A stretch of 64,000 bases of DNA, from assembly GCA_965644315.1 (NCBI GenBank), contig CBFFRQ010000013.1, positions 744,001 through 808,000 of the forward strand, in the 5' to 3' direction. This DNA is from Caecitellus pseudoparvulus. Lineage: Eukaryota > Protista > Bigyra: Bicosoecida. The translations under genes and the position numbers were made by a program. The notes below the pieces were generated by a model, which searched no databases, was not told the DNA's origin, and saw nothing but the letters and a program-made list of their open reading frames with translations. Every line of letters starts with the position of its first letter. Position 1 is the first letter of the stretch. Below, one piece after another: positions 1-11,100 of this stretch.

Positions 1-1
1 C

Positions 2-1633
2 GTGGGTGACATTTCTCCTGCCCAGCTTCAGGCTGCTGCAGGGGGAACTAGCTTGCTGCAGGCTGTCGGGGCGCCTGGCGACGACATGCGGAGCGTGCAG
101 TACCCTCTAGATGCAGGAGCCCTTCTGCTTCGACATGCCTTTCCGTGGCGTGCCTTGGCGCCTCGCAGCGCTGCGCCCAGTACCCACCCCTGCCTGGTGA
201 CCAGGCGTCGCAAGGCTGTTGCTGACGTGTCGTCGACAGGGCTGCCAACAATCGGTTCGTTAGATTTTCTGTGTTCCTCTGCAGATGTGAGCTCGACTTC
301 CAGTGCTGCCTTTGATGCTGAGGGCACCACGGCTGCTTCCAGTACCCAGAGTGTCGCAGACCTGCAGTACGCGGAAGACCTCAGCACTGCCGCTGCTCGC
401 AGGGCCACGCACATGCTCGTGCATGCCGTCATGGTCACTGCAGCAGAGGTCCGGGCGGCAGGGCATGCAGACTTGGCCACCCGCATCGCAGCGGCGTTCG
501 GTGTGGAGCATGTGTGGGCGTGGCACTTGCATGAGGAGTACCTGCCGGGGGGGTGGGTGACGCCGGGGCAGGCAGTGGTGGGCGACCCTGCGGCGGTGAG
601 CGACGCGGAGCGGGGCGAGCGGGGTGTGTGGAGTGTGGATGCGATGGTGTGGGGGGAGGAGTGCGATGGCGACGTGGAGGGCAGTGCAGGGGTGATGACG
701 CCTCGTCGAGCAGCACTTCTCGCACTGCGGTCGGTGGTGGAGGCGTCCATCTCACCCCGGTTCAGAGTGGCAGGAGTAATGTCCAGCACTGCAAAGAGTA
801 TCCCCTCTGGTATTTCATCACCCTCGGGCTTTTTCAACGGGTTCGCGCTCTCCCCGATCGCCCACCCTCAGATGTGGTCCCTCATCGCTGAGAACCTGGT
901 GCTGTTTCGCAGGCGGGGTGACACACCCGCCTACTTCTCCTTTGCAGGTTCAGAGAGCATCATGCCTGCAGATACTGGCATTAACCTGTTTTACGCTCGA
1001 GTAACATCGGCTGGCCCAGCCCTTGAACGCAGCGGCGAGCGCCCTTCAGTGCCAGAGAGATTGTTCAGCGCCTCGCTCTCAACAATGCTAGAGGCTTTTA
1101 GCACATCCCGCCCACAATGCCGAGAAGCTGGCGTAAATCTGACCGCTACAACTGTTCATGGGCAACCTCGTGATCCTCCTGGCTGGGGGCGCTCTCCCAG
1201 CCTTTGGATTCGGGGGTGCGACGTGATAACATTTGAACGGGCGCAGCACCGGCTGATTGCAGCGGCCATGCTCTCCATGCCCCCAGGTATTGGATTCTCT
1301 GCCCGTGATATTTGCATGGAAGCTGCTGCTCTGGAAGAGTCTGCCATGGGTGGGTCCTTGCCCGGAGCTGACGGAAGGGTGCTGCAGCCGAGCCAGGTGG
1401 CTCTCTCACAAAACATCACCGGCTCGCATCATGCGGGGGTCTTTCCACAAGCCTCGCCGCTTAGAGATGCGCACGACGCATGTGGAGGCCTGTTGCCCGA
1501 AGTGCTGTCCATCGCTCATGCCCTCACAGAGTGTGACGCATTGTTGGTTGAGTCTTCAGGAAGGCAAGTTGGTTTTCCTGCTTCTGCGGTGCTCTTTCAA
1601 AGTGTTCAACTGCGAGAGCCAGAGCTACTGTGA
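2..1633 (+). CDS. 3' part of a cupin/JmjC-like paralog (5'-truncated by the window edge); paralog of the gene at 1647-4519
   Basis: Open 543-aa frame. It shares a 122-aa identical block with the 1647-4519 gene, plus diverged downstream similarity (LFRRRGDTPAYFSFAG..IMPADTGINLFYARVT vs LFIRASDTPAMLSHAG..VMPADSGLNLFSARVT; PERLFS vs PERVFS; MSMPPGIGFS-type block LSMPPGIGFS vs MSWPPGLAFS). Confidence 0.7.
   Translation: MGDISPAQLQAAAGGTSLLQAVGAPGDDMRSVQYPLDAGALLLRHAFPWRALAPRSAAPSTHPCLVTRRRKAVADVSSTGLPTIGSLDFLCSSADVSSTSSAAFDAEGTTAASSTQSVADLQYAEDLSTAAARRATHMLVHAVMVTAAEVRAAGHADLATRIAAAFGVEHVWAWHLHEEYLPGGWVTPGQAVVGDPAAVSDAERGERGVWSVDAMVWGEECDGDVEGSAGVMTPRRAALLALRSVVEASISPRFRVAGVMSSTAKSIPSGISSPSGFFNGFALSPIAHPQMWSLIAENLVLFRRRGDTPAYFSFAGSESIMPADTGINLFYARVTSAGPALERSGERPSVPERLFSASLSTMLEAFSTSRPQCREAGVNLTATTVHGQPRDPPGWGRSPSLWIRGCDVITFERAQHRLIAAAMLSMPPGIGFSARDICMEAAALEESAMGGSLPGADGRVLQPSQVALSQNITGSHHAGVFPQASPLRDAHDACGGLLPEVLSIAHALTECDALLVESSGRQVGFPASAVLFQSVQLREPELL
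353..719 (+). repeat. Inverted repeat, arm 1 (367 bp; partner at 2474-2840)
   Basis: GTCGCAGACCTGCAG...GAGCAGCACTTC is the reverse complement of 2474-2840. I saw only two synonymous mismatches by eye. Confidence 0.95.
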
Positions 1634-1646
1634 GGAGAACGTTGAA

Positions 1647-4519
1647 TTACAGAAGGACAGGGGGTGCAGGAAGAATGCCAGTTGCCAGAACCTGGTGTAC
1701 AGCCTCGTCAGATTTGGTCTCCAGCAGAACACCCAGGTCCACGAGCATCGCAGCAGCCTCCGCGGGCTCCCCGCCAGATCCACACAAGCGAACATCTTCA
1801 AGGAGTGTTTGGGTAGCTGCAGGATCGAACTCCATGCTGCCATTCGCAACTTGACTGACTTCGCCGTCCAGGGATATCGACAGCACTTGCTGCAGCTGCT
1901 GCGTTGTAGTGCCGTCAGCGAGAATGGGCTCAGCGTCCAAGACGGACCGATCAAGCACTCTGGAGGCCTCGCAAGCTTCTTGCAGCGAGAATGCTAAGCC
2001 AGGGGGCCAGCTCATCATGACTTGAAGTAGCCGTAACAAATGACTGCGATCTGCAAGGGAGACTGGGGGCCTGCCCTTGACCAGTAAAGCAAGGCCCGTT
2101 GGTCTGCCAGGCGGGACATGTGGCACAGCCTGTACACCAGACTGCTCTTTGGCATTGCACAAAGGCAGCTGCGTCGTGAATGCCGCGGGCCCCACCCCAA
2201 GAGCAGTGCTGAACACCCTCTCAGGAACTGGGTCGTCCCAAACGTTGAGTGCTGCACCACGCTCAGTAACCCTGGCAGAGAAGAGGTTCAACCCGGAGTC
2301 TGCAGGCATGACGTCGGCAAATTCACCTGCATGGGACAGCATGGCTGGGGTGTCGCTTGCACGAATAAACAGGGCCAATGGCGAAGTGTCTTTGGAGTGC
2401 TCCCCGCCCCCCGCCCACTCTACGGGCATACTGAGTGTGCCAGAGTCGTTTGTAAGATAGTGCAGCGTTGCTTGAAGTGCTGCTCGACGAGGCGTCATCA
2501 CCCCTGCACTGCCCTCCACGTCGCCATCGCACTCCTCCCCCCACACCATCGCATCCACACTCCACACGCCCCGCTCGCCCCGCTCCGCGTCGCTCACCGC
2601 CGCAGGGTCGCCCACCACTGCCTGCCCCGGCGTCACCCACCCCCCCGGCAGGTACTCCTCATGCAAGTGCCACGCCCACACATGCTCCACACCGAACGCC
2701 GCTGCGATGCGGGTGGCCAAGTCTGCATGCCCTGCCGCCCGGACCTCTGCTGCAGTGACCATGACGGCATGCACGAGCATGTGCGTGGCCCGGCGAGCAG
2801 CGGCAGTGCTGAGGTCTTCCGCGTACTGCAGGTCTGCGACGCGCTGACTGGCGGACAAACCTGGCGAGCGCAGTTGAAAATGTGGTCTGGCTACATCAAG
2901 GGGATTCAGCACTCCGGGGCTCTTGGAAGTCTCAGCCAATGACCAGAGGACGCGGTCCTTCAATACGCGAGTGGGCTCGCGCTGATCTGGCCCGGAGCAC
3001 TTCAAATCCAGAGCAGCCTGGCCGTCAGGGAGGACAAAGGTTGGCTGCGAAATGCAAGTTGGCTGCCCAAGGGTGGCCGAAGCAGGGGCGAGCGCCATCC
3101 AAGGAAAGCTCTGGCCCAGCACGTTCCGCGGGCGGCTGATGGGGTACGATGCGTTCATGAAGGTCGCGGACGGCAGGAGGCGGCTCGTGTGTGTCGGCAT
3201 GCTGCCATTCCCGAGCCAGACTTGGAGCCACACAAACAGCTGCCGAGCTGCATGCTTGTGAAAGTACACCCCCACAGCATCTGGAGAAAGCAGGTTTGGC
3301 TGGAAAGGTGTCATTCCTTGCCCTGACACGGTTGGGGCACCCTGCAATACTGAAGCTCCCAGTGCCGCCTCCTGCACGGCCAGACGCCCAGCTAGGACTG
3401 CGTAACGCAAACCTTGCTCAATCGCATACTGCATGTTCCCGAAACCAAGTTCAGAGTGCTGGTGCAGCGACAAATGCATGCTTGTAGAGCTGCCGAAGCC
3501 GGCGGCAGGCCAAGAAGTGAATCGCGAAGCCACGTACTCTGTGGTAGAGGGCCCAACCGCCATTGCCCCATCCGCAGGAAAGGGGCGGTGAAGCATGCCT
3601 GCCGGGATGTAAAGAACGTCTCCGGGTCCCAAGTGAAGGATGTTGGGAAGTCGGGCCAAGCAGAAAGTGGCTTGGGGGGAGCATGTGCTGCTCAGATCAG
3701 GCAACTGCCCCCACACCCTTTCCATTGCCTGCAGAAAGTTCCATTCTTCTCCCGCCAGACAATCCTTGGCAGTTGAACAGTTTCTGGGCAGAGGGTGCTC
3801 GGCTCCATGCCTGTCATGGGTGGGGACAACCTGCCACCTGCTGGTCCCCGTGACTTGCACATACGTTGCAGCACCAGGTAGCGCTCGATAACTTTGAAGT
3901 TGGAGGTTGGCAGGGAGCAAGGACAAGGACATGTTCAGTGCAAGCCCCATCGCTGCTTCAGCAGATAGCTTGGCAGCGCTGAGCTGTTGAGTCAACGAAT
4001 GTGCCTGCGTCACCCGGCACGGCCTGCCCTCTTGCAATGCTCTCCTCGCTCCCGGCGGGAGTGAACGGCCCTCCACCACCCATTGTTGAGGCAGTTCCGG
4101 TTCAAAGTTGCCAGAAGTCACACCCCTTGCTTGGCACTCCAAGTTTCCTTGCTTGAAACCCATGGAAGCGAGAGCTGAGGGAGCGCCTCCGAGAGCAGCA
4201 GAGGCATCGTTGAATGCTGAAGTCGCGTTCACGAATACAGTCGCCATGCGCTGTGTAAAGGCGCAAACGGTGGATGAAGTACGCAGGGTGTGACTCGGCA
4301 TTGTCAACGCACGTCTTGGACAGCCAGCTGAAACAGCGAGGGCCCGAGCTGCACGGGAGGCCAGCTAGAGTGCAAGGAAGGGGCTCGGCGTCCTCGCACG
4401 TTAAGCAGCATATGGCGTGCTGCCTCGAGTCCAACAAGCGGTGAATCTGGTAAGACATGCCCCTCAATAAGGCTGCTCGCCGCCCCCAGCACGGCGACCC
4501 ACAGAAGCAGCGGGCACAT
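1647..4519 (-). CDS. Signal-peptide-bearing cupin-4/JmjC-like (ROX/NO66-like fold) protein; predicted exons 4519-4400, 4327-4313, 4250-1647
   Basis: Cupin motif LHLGPGDVLYIPAGMLH and YVQVTGTSRW strand. Hydrophobic N-terminus MCPLLLWVAVLGAASS. Two phase-0 GTGCG..CAG introns (4399-4328, 4312-4251) join it in frame to the 886-aa ORF. Confidence 0.7.
2474..2840 (-). repeat. Inverted repeat, arm 2 (partner at 353-719)
   Basis: Encodes the same VADLQYAEDLSTAAARR...TPRRAAL peptide on the minus strand. Confidence 0.95.
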
Positions 4520-5107
4520 GGCAGATTCTGGTTTGGCGTGGTCAGCGAAGGATTTCCGCACCGAAGCCGGTCATGTCGAGCAGCGTGGCGCCGCGTGTCG
4601 CTGGACTGAAGGCTATGCACTTCCACAGTGGTAAGCTCTGTAATCGATCCGCGACATGCTTGGTGTTCGATGCTGAATGTGAGACTTTGGCATCCATTGT
4701 CCTGCCTTGAAAGCATGGCTTCCACGTGCAAGTATTCGCGCTCGCAACCCAGCATGAGCGACTGGTAGACAAGTGAATTACTATCCCTCGCTAGCTGCGT
4801 GATTTTTCTATTTGAACGGAACCGTGGGCAGGGCCGAGGGCTGCACCGTCGAGGTACGCGCGGCAGTGTCGCATACTCATGGGCAGAGCGAAGGTCAGGA
4901 CACAAAGTACGTGACCCGCAGGGCACCCCAGCAGCCCGGAGAGCTGGCATCAAGCACTGTATCAAGATTGTTGTGCTGACCTGTCAAGTGCTCCCAGGAG
5001 CACAGCAGTAGACTCTTGGCGCACCAGTGGCCGCCGAGCTGGGCTGGCCTGCTCGCCAAGGGCCTGCAGCGCACATTTAGGCTGAGGCAGGTGCTGCCGA
5101 TTGAGCC

Positions 5108-8100
5108 ATGGCACAAGGCGTTCGACACGGGCTGTGGCCGACGCGTGCCGCGGAGCATTTCTTTGTTGTCGGTCCGCAAGAATCGGCAAAGTCGGAGGCC
5201 AGCTGCACGCCTGCTGCGACGGGAGGCAGACAGCCAGCGAAGATAGGTGATGGGGTTTGGGAAGCATTGGCCTCAGAGTTCAATTTTCAGCAAGGTGGTG
5301 CTGACCTCGAGGCGGCGGACTTGTCCCCCATTACAGACGTGGCTGTGGTGCGTCATGAGCTTCGCTCTTTTGAGCAACTTCCGCAGCACACCGGGTTTGC
5401 CCTTTCTTGCTCCCCGCATGCCAGGTGTTTCCCTCGCGCGGTGAAAGCGTGCCCTATGGGTACACACTCATAGAGAAAACCGTGGGTGGCCTTGACGCGG
5501 ACTTAAATCGCGGATCGTTTGGGTACAAGACCTTGCTGGCCATCAAGCGCCACGATCCTTTCAGCTCCCCTCCCGAACTGACCCCGCCCCCTGTCCCACC
5601 CGGCCATGGAGCGGGGGCCGTGGCGTGCATTCCCAGTGCGTCAATCTTGCACGCTTCAGAGTGTCCAGTCATGGACCTTGCAGTCGTGCAAGGCAGCGAG
5701 GAGGAGGCCGTCATGAGCGTGCTGCCGCCTGGCCCAGCACTTGTGGAGGGAGACTGCTTGGGATCTGACGCGCATGGGCACTTCCCGAGCGACTTTTCAG
5801 CCCGCAGAGAGCAGTTGCAAGCTGGGCATGGCATCGCGCACACTGATCATGAGCCTTCCTGCCTGGACGCTTGGCAAGTTGTCCGCCACTCCTTGCAGCA
5901 GCAGCTGCCAGCGGGGCTCAATGTTCGGAGTGGCGGCCAGGGCGTGTGGCTTGCTCTGCGAAAACACGCACCAGGCCCAGCCCTCCCCAAGCCATATCTT
6001 TCTCGCGTGTCTCGATGCTTGCGGCAGGGCCACCTGGTTTCGTGTGTGGATGCCGAGGCAAGCTCGCCCGTGCCCGAGGATGCAAACAACGGACTGGGCT
6101 TGCACTCACTGGCTTGTGGCCGCCTACCGGCACAAGCAGTCCATGCAGCATCTGCCAAGCTGTCAAGTGTGACACTGCCATTCTTGTCCGCCAAGGGTCA
6201 TATGCGGGGCCCCCTTGTGGATATTGCTGTGGTGAACGCAAGTGCAGGCGAGGTGGCGCCGCCTGGCTACACCCTGCTTCCGGGAAACACAAGCCAGGGC
6301 GCGTATGGAGACAGCATCTTCTTGGCAATTCGAAGGGGTATGCCCATTGGCATTGCTGATCAGCCGCTTGCTCCGCGGTTGACGGCGCAGTATCCAGGGG
6401 TGCTCTCGGCCGCTAGCCACGGGCGCCACCGCTTGCCTCCCGGCCTGCCAACTTTTGTTGCTCCCTACGGCCTTCACGTCCAAGGAGATGCCGCAGACAT
6501 GCGTATCCTAGAGCGCCCAGCAAGGTGGGCAGCGTCCTATCAGCGCCTGGTGTCTCAGCAGCAAGTATTGCTGGGCGCGCCAGGGGCAGCGGCCTCCACA
6601 CCTACTTCACGTGATGGTGGCACGACACCTGGTAGACAGGAGATGGCAGGGCCCGTGTTGAGGCGTCGCAGCATACACAGGCCATCCCCTACTCATGAGG
6701 GAGGTGGGCACACAGTCGGCCCGACTGGCGAGGAAGCTGGAGACGCGCCGCCCGAACCTTGGCAGGTCCCAGAGTTGGAAAAACCCGCCTGTTTTGGCGA
6801 TCAAGACGCTGGGCTGGCCAGTCCTGTGTCGGAGCTGCACTTTTGCGAGTTGATGGACGATGAAGGGCGCGTCTCGTTTGCGTTTTGCCTTAGGCAAGCC
6901 AGGCAGCTCCCTAGCAACCTTGCTAGCCGCCTCGTGCAGTGGTACGCCCTGCTGCGAGGTGACGGCGCACTGTTGCTGTCGTTTGCAGCACGTGCAGAGC
7001 AAGGCTGGGAACTGGCTCACTCCGGAGGCGATGGTGGAGGAGTGTACAGCTGGATGGACCATGCATGTGCAGCAGTTGGCGTCCCGCCTGCGACGTGCCC
7101 AGTTCACATTGGGTTCGTGAGCCAGTTGCCGCTAAGAGGGCTGCTTGAAGAAGCCCTCGTCACTCTCCACAATGTGCTGAGCAGCAATGCTTCGCCATCT
7201 GCTGATGCTGCCCAGAGCCGCAGCGACTTGACCTTGCAGTTTGCATCCCTTGCCAGCACCACCGGCCAAATTGCACCTGTCTTTGGCTTTGGTGTGGGGT
7301 ACCCCCTTCCCATTGAGGCATTGGCCATGCTCTTCACCTCCGATGGTTTCCTGCCGTTGGCGCCACTGCTTCCGCTGGCGCTCTGTAGCGGGCACAGGGT
7401 TCAAGTGCCGCTGCTTCCTGACATGCCTCCTCTGCGGTACAGCATCCCCACCGTTCTGGAGCCACCTCCATCGGCAGGGTCCTTCTCCCTCCTGCTCCAG
7501 TGCTTGGCCCCAATCGACATTGTGAACTGTCTTGCATTGCTCTTGCTTGAACAGCGGCTTCTCTTTCACTGCCATGACCCCAGCGTGGTCGCGCCTGTGA
7601 TCGCAAGCCTCAAGTGCTTGTTGTGGCCCTTCACCTGGGCTTTCCAAACCATTGCGTGCGTACCCCCCCACATGGTCATGCTCTTGGAATCGCCTGTGAC
7701 GACCCTCCTCGGGATGGCGACGTGCCATGTGCCTTTCTCTTTGCCGTCTGAGCTGTGGGTGGTGGACTTGAACGTGGGAGCAGTTTCACGGGGGTGCCGG
7801 GTCGTGCATGCCATTGAACCAGGGCAAGGTTCACCGGCTCAGCTGTTTTTCTCTCCAAGCGCACCAATGGATGAAGTTGTTCTGTCAAGTGAGGCTGCTG
7901 GGCCGGAGGATGTTGCGGGCGTACTATTTGCCCCGTCAAGGCCTTCTGACGCTGAGGAATGGCAAAACCACCTTCGTGCCACTGCACACGCGCGTCAAGC
8001 CAAAGATGCCGCCCGGTTTCCAGGCCCAGGAGGCGTCAGCGTTTGGGGGGTGCCCGGCTCGGTGTTTTGTGGCACACGCACAAAGACAGTGGCACCCCTG

Positions 8101-11100
8101 GCCCTGCCCTACGGCCCTGAAGGCCAAGTTGCGGATGCCCCAGCCGCCCACCTTCCTGTCTCGTCCACTGCCAGCTATCCCGGCCGCCCCGCCTTGCTAG
8201 AAATCCCGTCATCCCGGCCAGAACCGTACTCTGCCTACGCGAGCGGCTGCTCGGCATGGGACCAGCAGCACACCGCACTAAGGGCGCTGGATGTCGCAGT
8301 AGCATCAGGAGCAGGGGCGGCCCTGCCCGATCAACCTCCCTCGTGGTCCCCATCAGTTGAAGCAGCTTCACAATGCCTTCCATTGAACATGGTACAGCGG
8401 GTGCTAGTTGCAGACAATGCTCTGCTGCAGGCCATGTCCACGGCCCACGCAGTTGTTGTGGCTGCTGGATCTGCCGACGCCTTGACCTTGGCTGGGATGG
8501 ACTCATCCTTGGGTCACGAAGGGGATTCATTCCCTTTGTGCTCCGCAGCCGGGGCCGTGCGCGCAGCCGGGCATGCTCTCGTTCTCGAGACAGGTGAGCC
8601 TCTTGGCACGAGCACATACACCAGCATCCAACATGCGGTGCACAGTGCTGTTGCAGCCTTGCCCGTCGGGCTGAGGCTGTTTGCAGAGGAAGCCGTGCTC
8701 GCAGCACCACACACAGCCCCTTTGCCCCCCCTCACGCCACTGCTGCCAAACCCTGCCCTCGAGCTGCCACTCGACGTGCAAGCTGCACTTCGAGCCCCAG
8801 CACGAAGCAGCATGGTGACCCCTTCCACAAGGGCTCGCCTGAGGTCTGTCCTCGTCGAATGCTTGCAAGTTGTCCCAACAAAGGGGTCCAGCCTCGTGGC
8901 TGGCGGAAGCGGACAGATAGTGTTTCGCCCTTGGTATCAACCGCGCCATGCCATGATGGACTTGGCTTCTGCCAGCCCTTGCTTGCATCTGGGCTCCACT
9001 GCAGCGCCGGGGTGCCCAGGCTCTTCAGTCTGGGGCTGGGGTGAATTGCCTCCAACAACCCGTACCTTGCATGCGCAAGGACCATCAGGTGCAGCTCGCG
9101 AGGCGATTCGACTGCGAAGGCAGCTCTTGGAGCACTGCTTGATCAGTGTCCCGCCACATGCTGTCGTGCAGCTCATTCACCGCATTGCCGCTGTGGCATC
9201 GGGCAGGTCACCGTGTGCAATGAACCCTGCGTTTGGTTTTTCCGAGCAGGGTTCGGAGAGGGTGCGGCCTTCAGCAGCCCCCCGCCCTCCAACCAGGCCT
9301 GTGTCTGTGTTCGAAGGTGCATCGCTGACCGCCATTGCAGCTCCCCAAGAGCCTGGGTCAGCGTCAGCCTCCATGTCTGCCCGTTCCTCGGCCCGTGCTC
9401 CAGGCCCAGATGTCGCGGCTGCTGGCAGTTCGAGCAGCGAATCGGATGGGGGCGTTTTGCAAGGGGGAGCAGTCACCCGGTGTCTTTCCGGCGTGCCATC
9501 GTTGGCAGAGAACCCATACCGCCATATCTGCCCGACATCGCACAGCTCTGTGATTCGGTGTGGAGGTGGGCCCGCAAAGGATGCCTGCGACGCAGTTCTG
9601 TCGGAGCTCCGCTCAGCCCGTGGCCGCGGCGCAGAGGCATGGCTGAGCAATTCCCTGCGAGAGGCAGTGGGGCGCTTCATGGTGGGCCTTGTGGGGCCTG
9701 TGCACAACTGCTTGTGGCTGGACGGAACATCCATGAGGCAGGAAGTCGCTTCCAGGCTGCACTCCATGCGCGCGGACCTGGACGCGCCTCCACCACTCTC
9801 TGAGACGACTGAGGCCGTGGCTTGTGCAGCAGTTGCTGGGTTGCAGTCTGCCGGCGAGGCTGCTCTTCTCGACGCCGAGCTGGCAGCCCGCGAAGTTGCG
9901 GCGAAAGAATTGGCACGACTCCCTGTTCACATGGCAGGCGTGCCAGTCTTCGACTTGACGGGCATGCCAGGCACTGGCATGCTGGGCTTGGTTGCCAGTG
10001 CTGTGCAGCGACACGCCCAAGGAGGGATGGTGGAGACAGGTGAAGTTGGACTGCTGGATGTTGTGGGCTTCGTGGAGACTGTTGCATGCAGAGCCGCTGC
10101 TTCTGCAAGTATCTTGCTACCCCCCGAATCTCAAGGCCTGGGCGTTCTGGCCGCTAGCAGGGCGGCTGGATTCGCGGCAGAGCTGAGTGCTACCCAGATG
10201 TTTCACCTTCACACCCAAGCCGTATGTGACGTTGCCGCCATGTGGGCAGACTCGCACGCTCTGCGAGTGCAAGAGGCAGCTGCCATCGCCGTCGTGCGCA
10301 GCCTGACCACGAGACTGCCGCCATCTTCACATGAAGTGACCTCTGCAAAGGCAAGGCGTTTATCGCTGCGAGAGCAGCGGTTGACGGCGACCAGGACCCT
10401 ATTTCACGAGGGCTTGCTGGAGTGGTCTGCGTGGCAAACCTTCGTAAACGTCGTGCAAGCCCCTGTCTGGTGCGCAGGTGCGCCGGGGGGTGCGTCTTCA
10501 GGACGCTCTCCAAAACTCGAGCCATCAGCATACGGCCTCCCTCGAGAGCAATTGCACGGTGTCCTGTTTCGAGGCGTCGAGGAAGAGAGTAGCGCTGTTT
10601 TGAAGCCCGCTCAAAGCAGGCGCTCCCTGCAACCGCAGCTCCCCTCCCGCAGCTTCAAGTCCAACCTGCCAGACCGGCAGCGTCGCCAGTCCGCACGCCC
10701 AGCTGCAGCAGCCATTACCCAGCGAATGCTTCACAAAGGGGAGGCCGGATCAGATGCAGTATCTGCTGCGCACTTGCTGCAGCGATCTCTGAGCGGCAGG
10801 GGGGCAGCTCTGCGGGCGAGTTCGAGCACAGCTGTGAAGGCTGCGCTGCGGAAGCTTCGAGGCAAGGTGAGCACAAGTGGTCACCAGGCGCAGGACAGTG
10901 ACTGTGAGCCAACTGGGATCTCTGCCGTTCTTCCAGATGCAGGAGCGCGTCCGGTACTGGTGGATGGCCCCCATTCTTGCTCGGCACTTTCTTTGGCGGA
11001 GGCCTGCCAACAAGCGCTGATGGTGCCGCTGTGCGGGCATGCGGCCTTGGCAGCCTCGGCAGCCCTCAGCGACTGTGAGGGGGAGTGCTACGATCAGAGC

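Noticed and set aside
353-2840. Inverted repeat interpreted as transposon terminal inverted repeats
   Set aside because: There is no transposase between the arms and no target-site duplication seen. The arms are in-frame coding sequence whose flanks remain homologous at the protein level.
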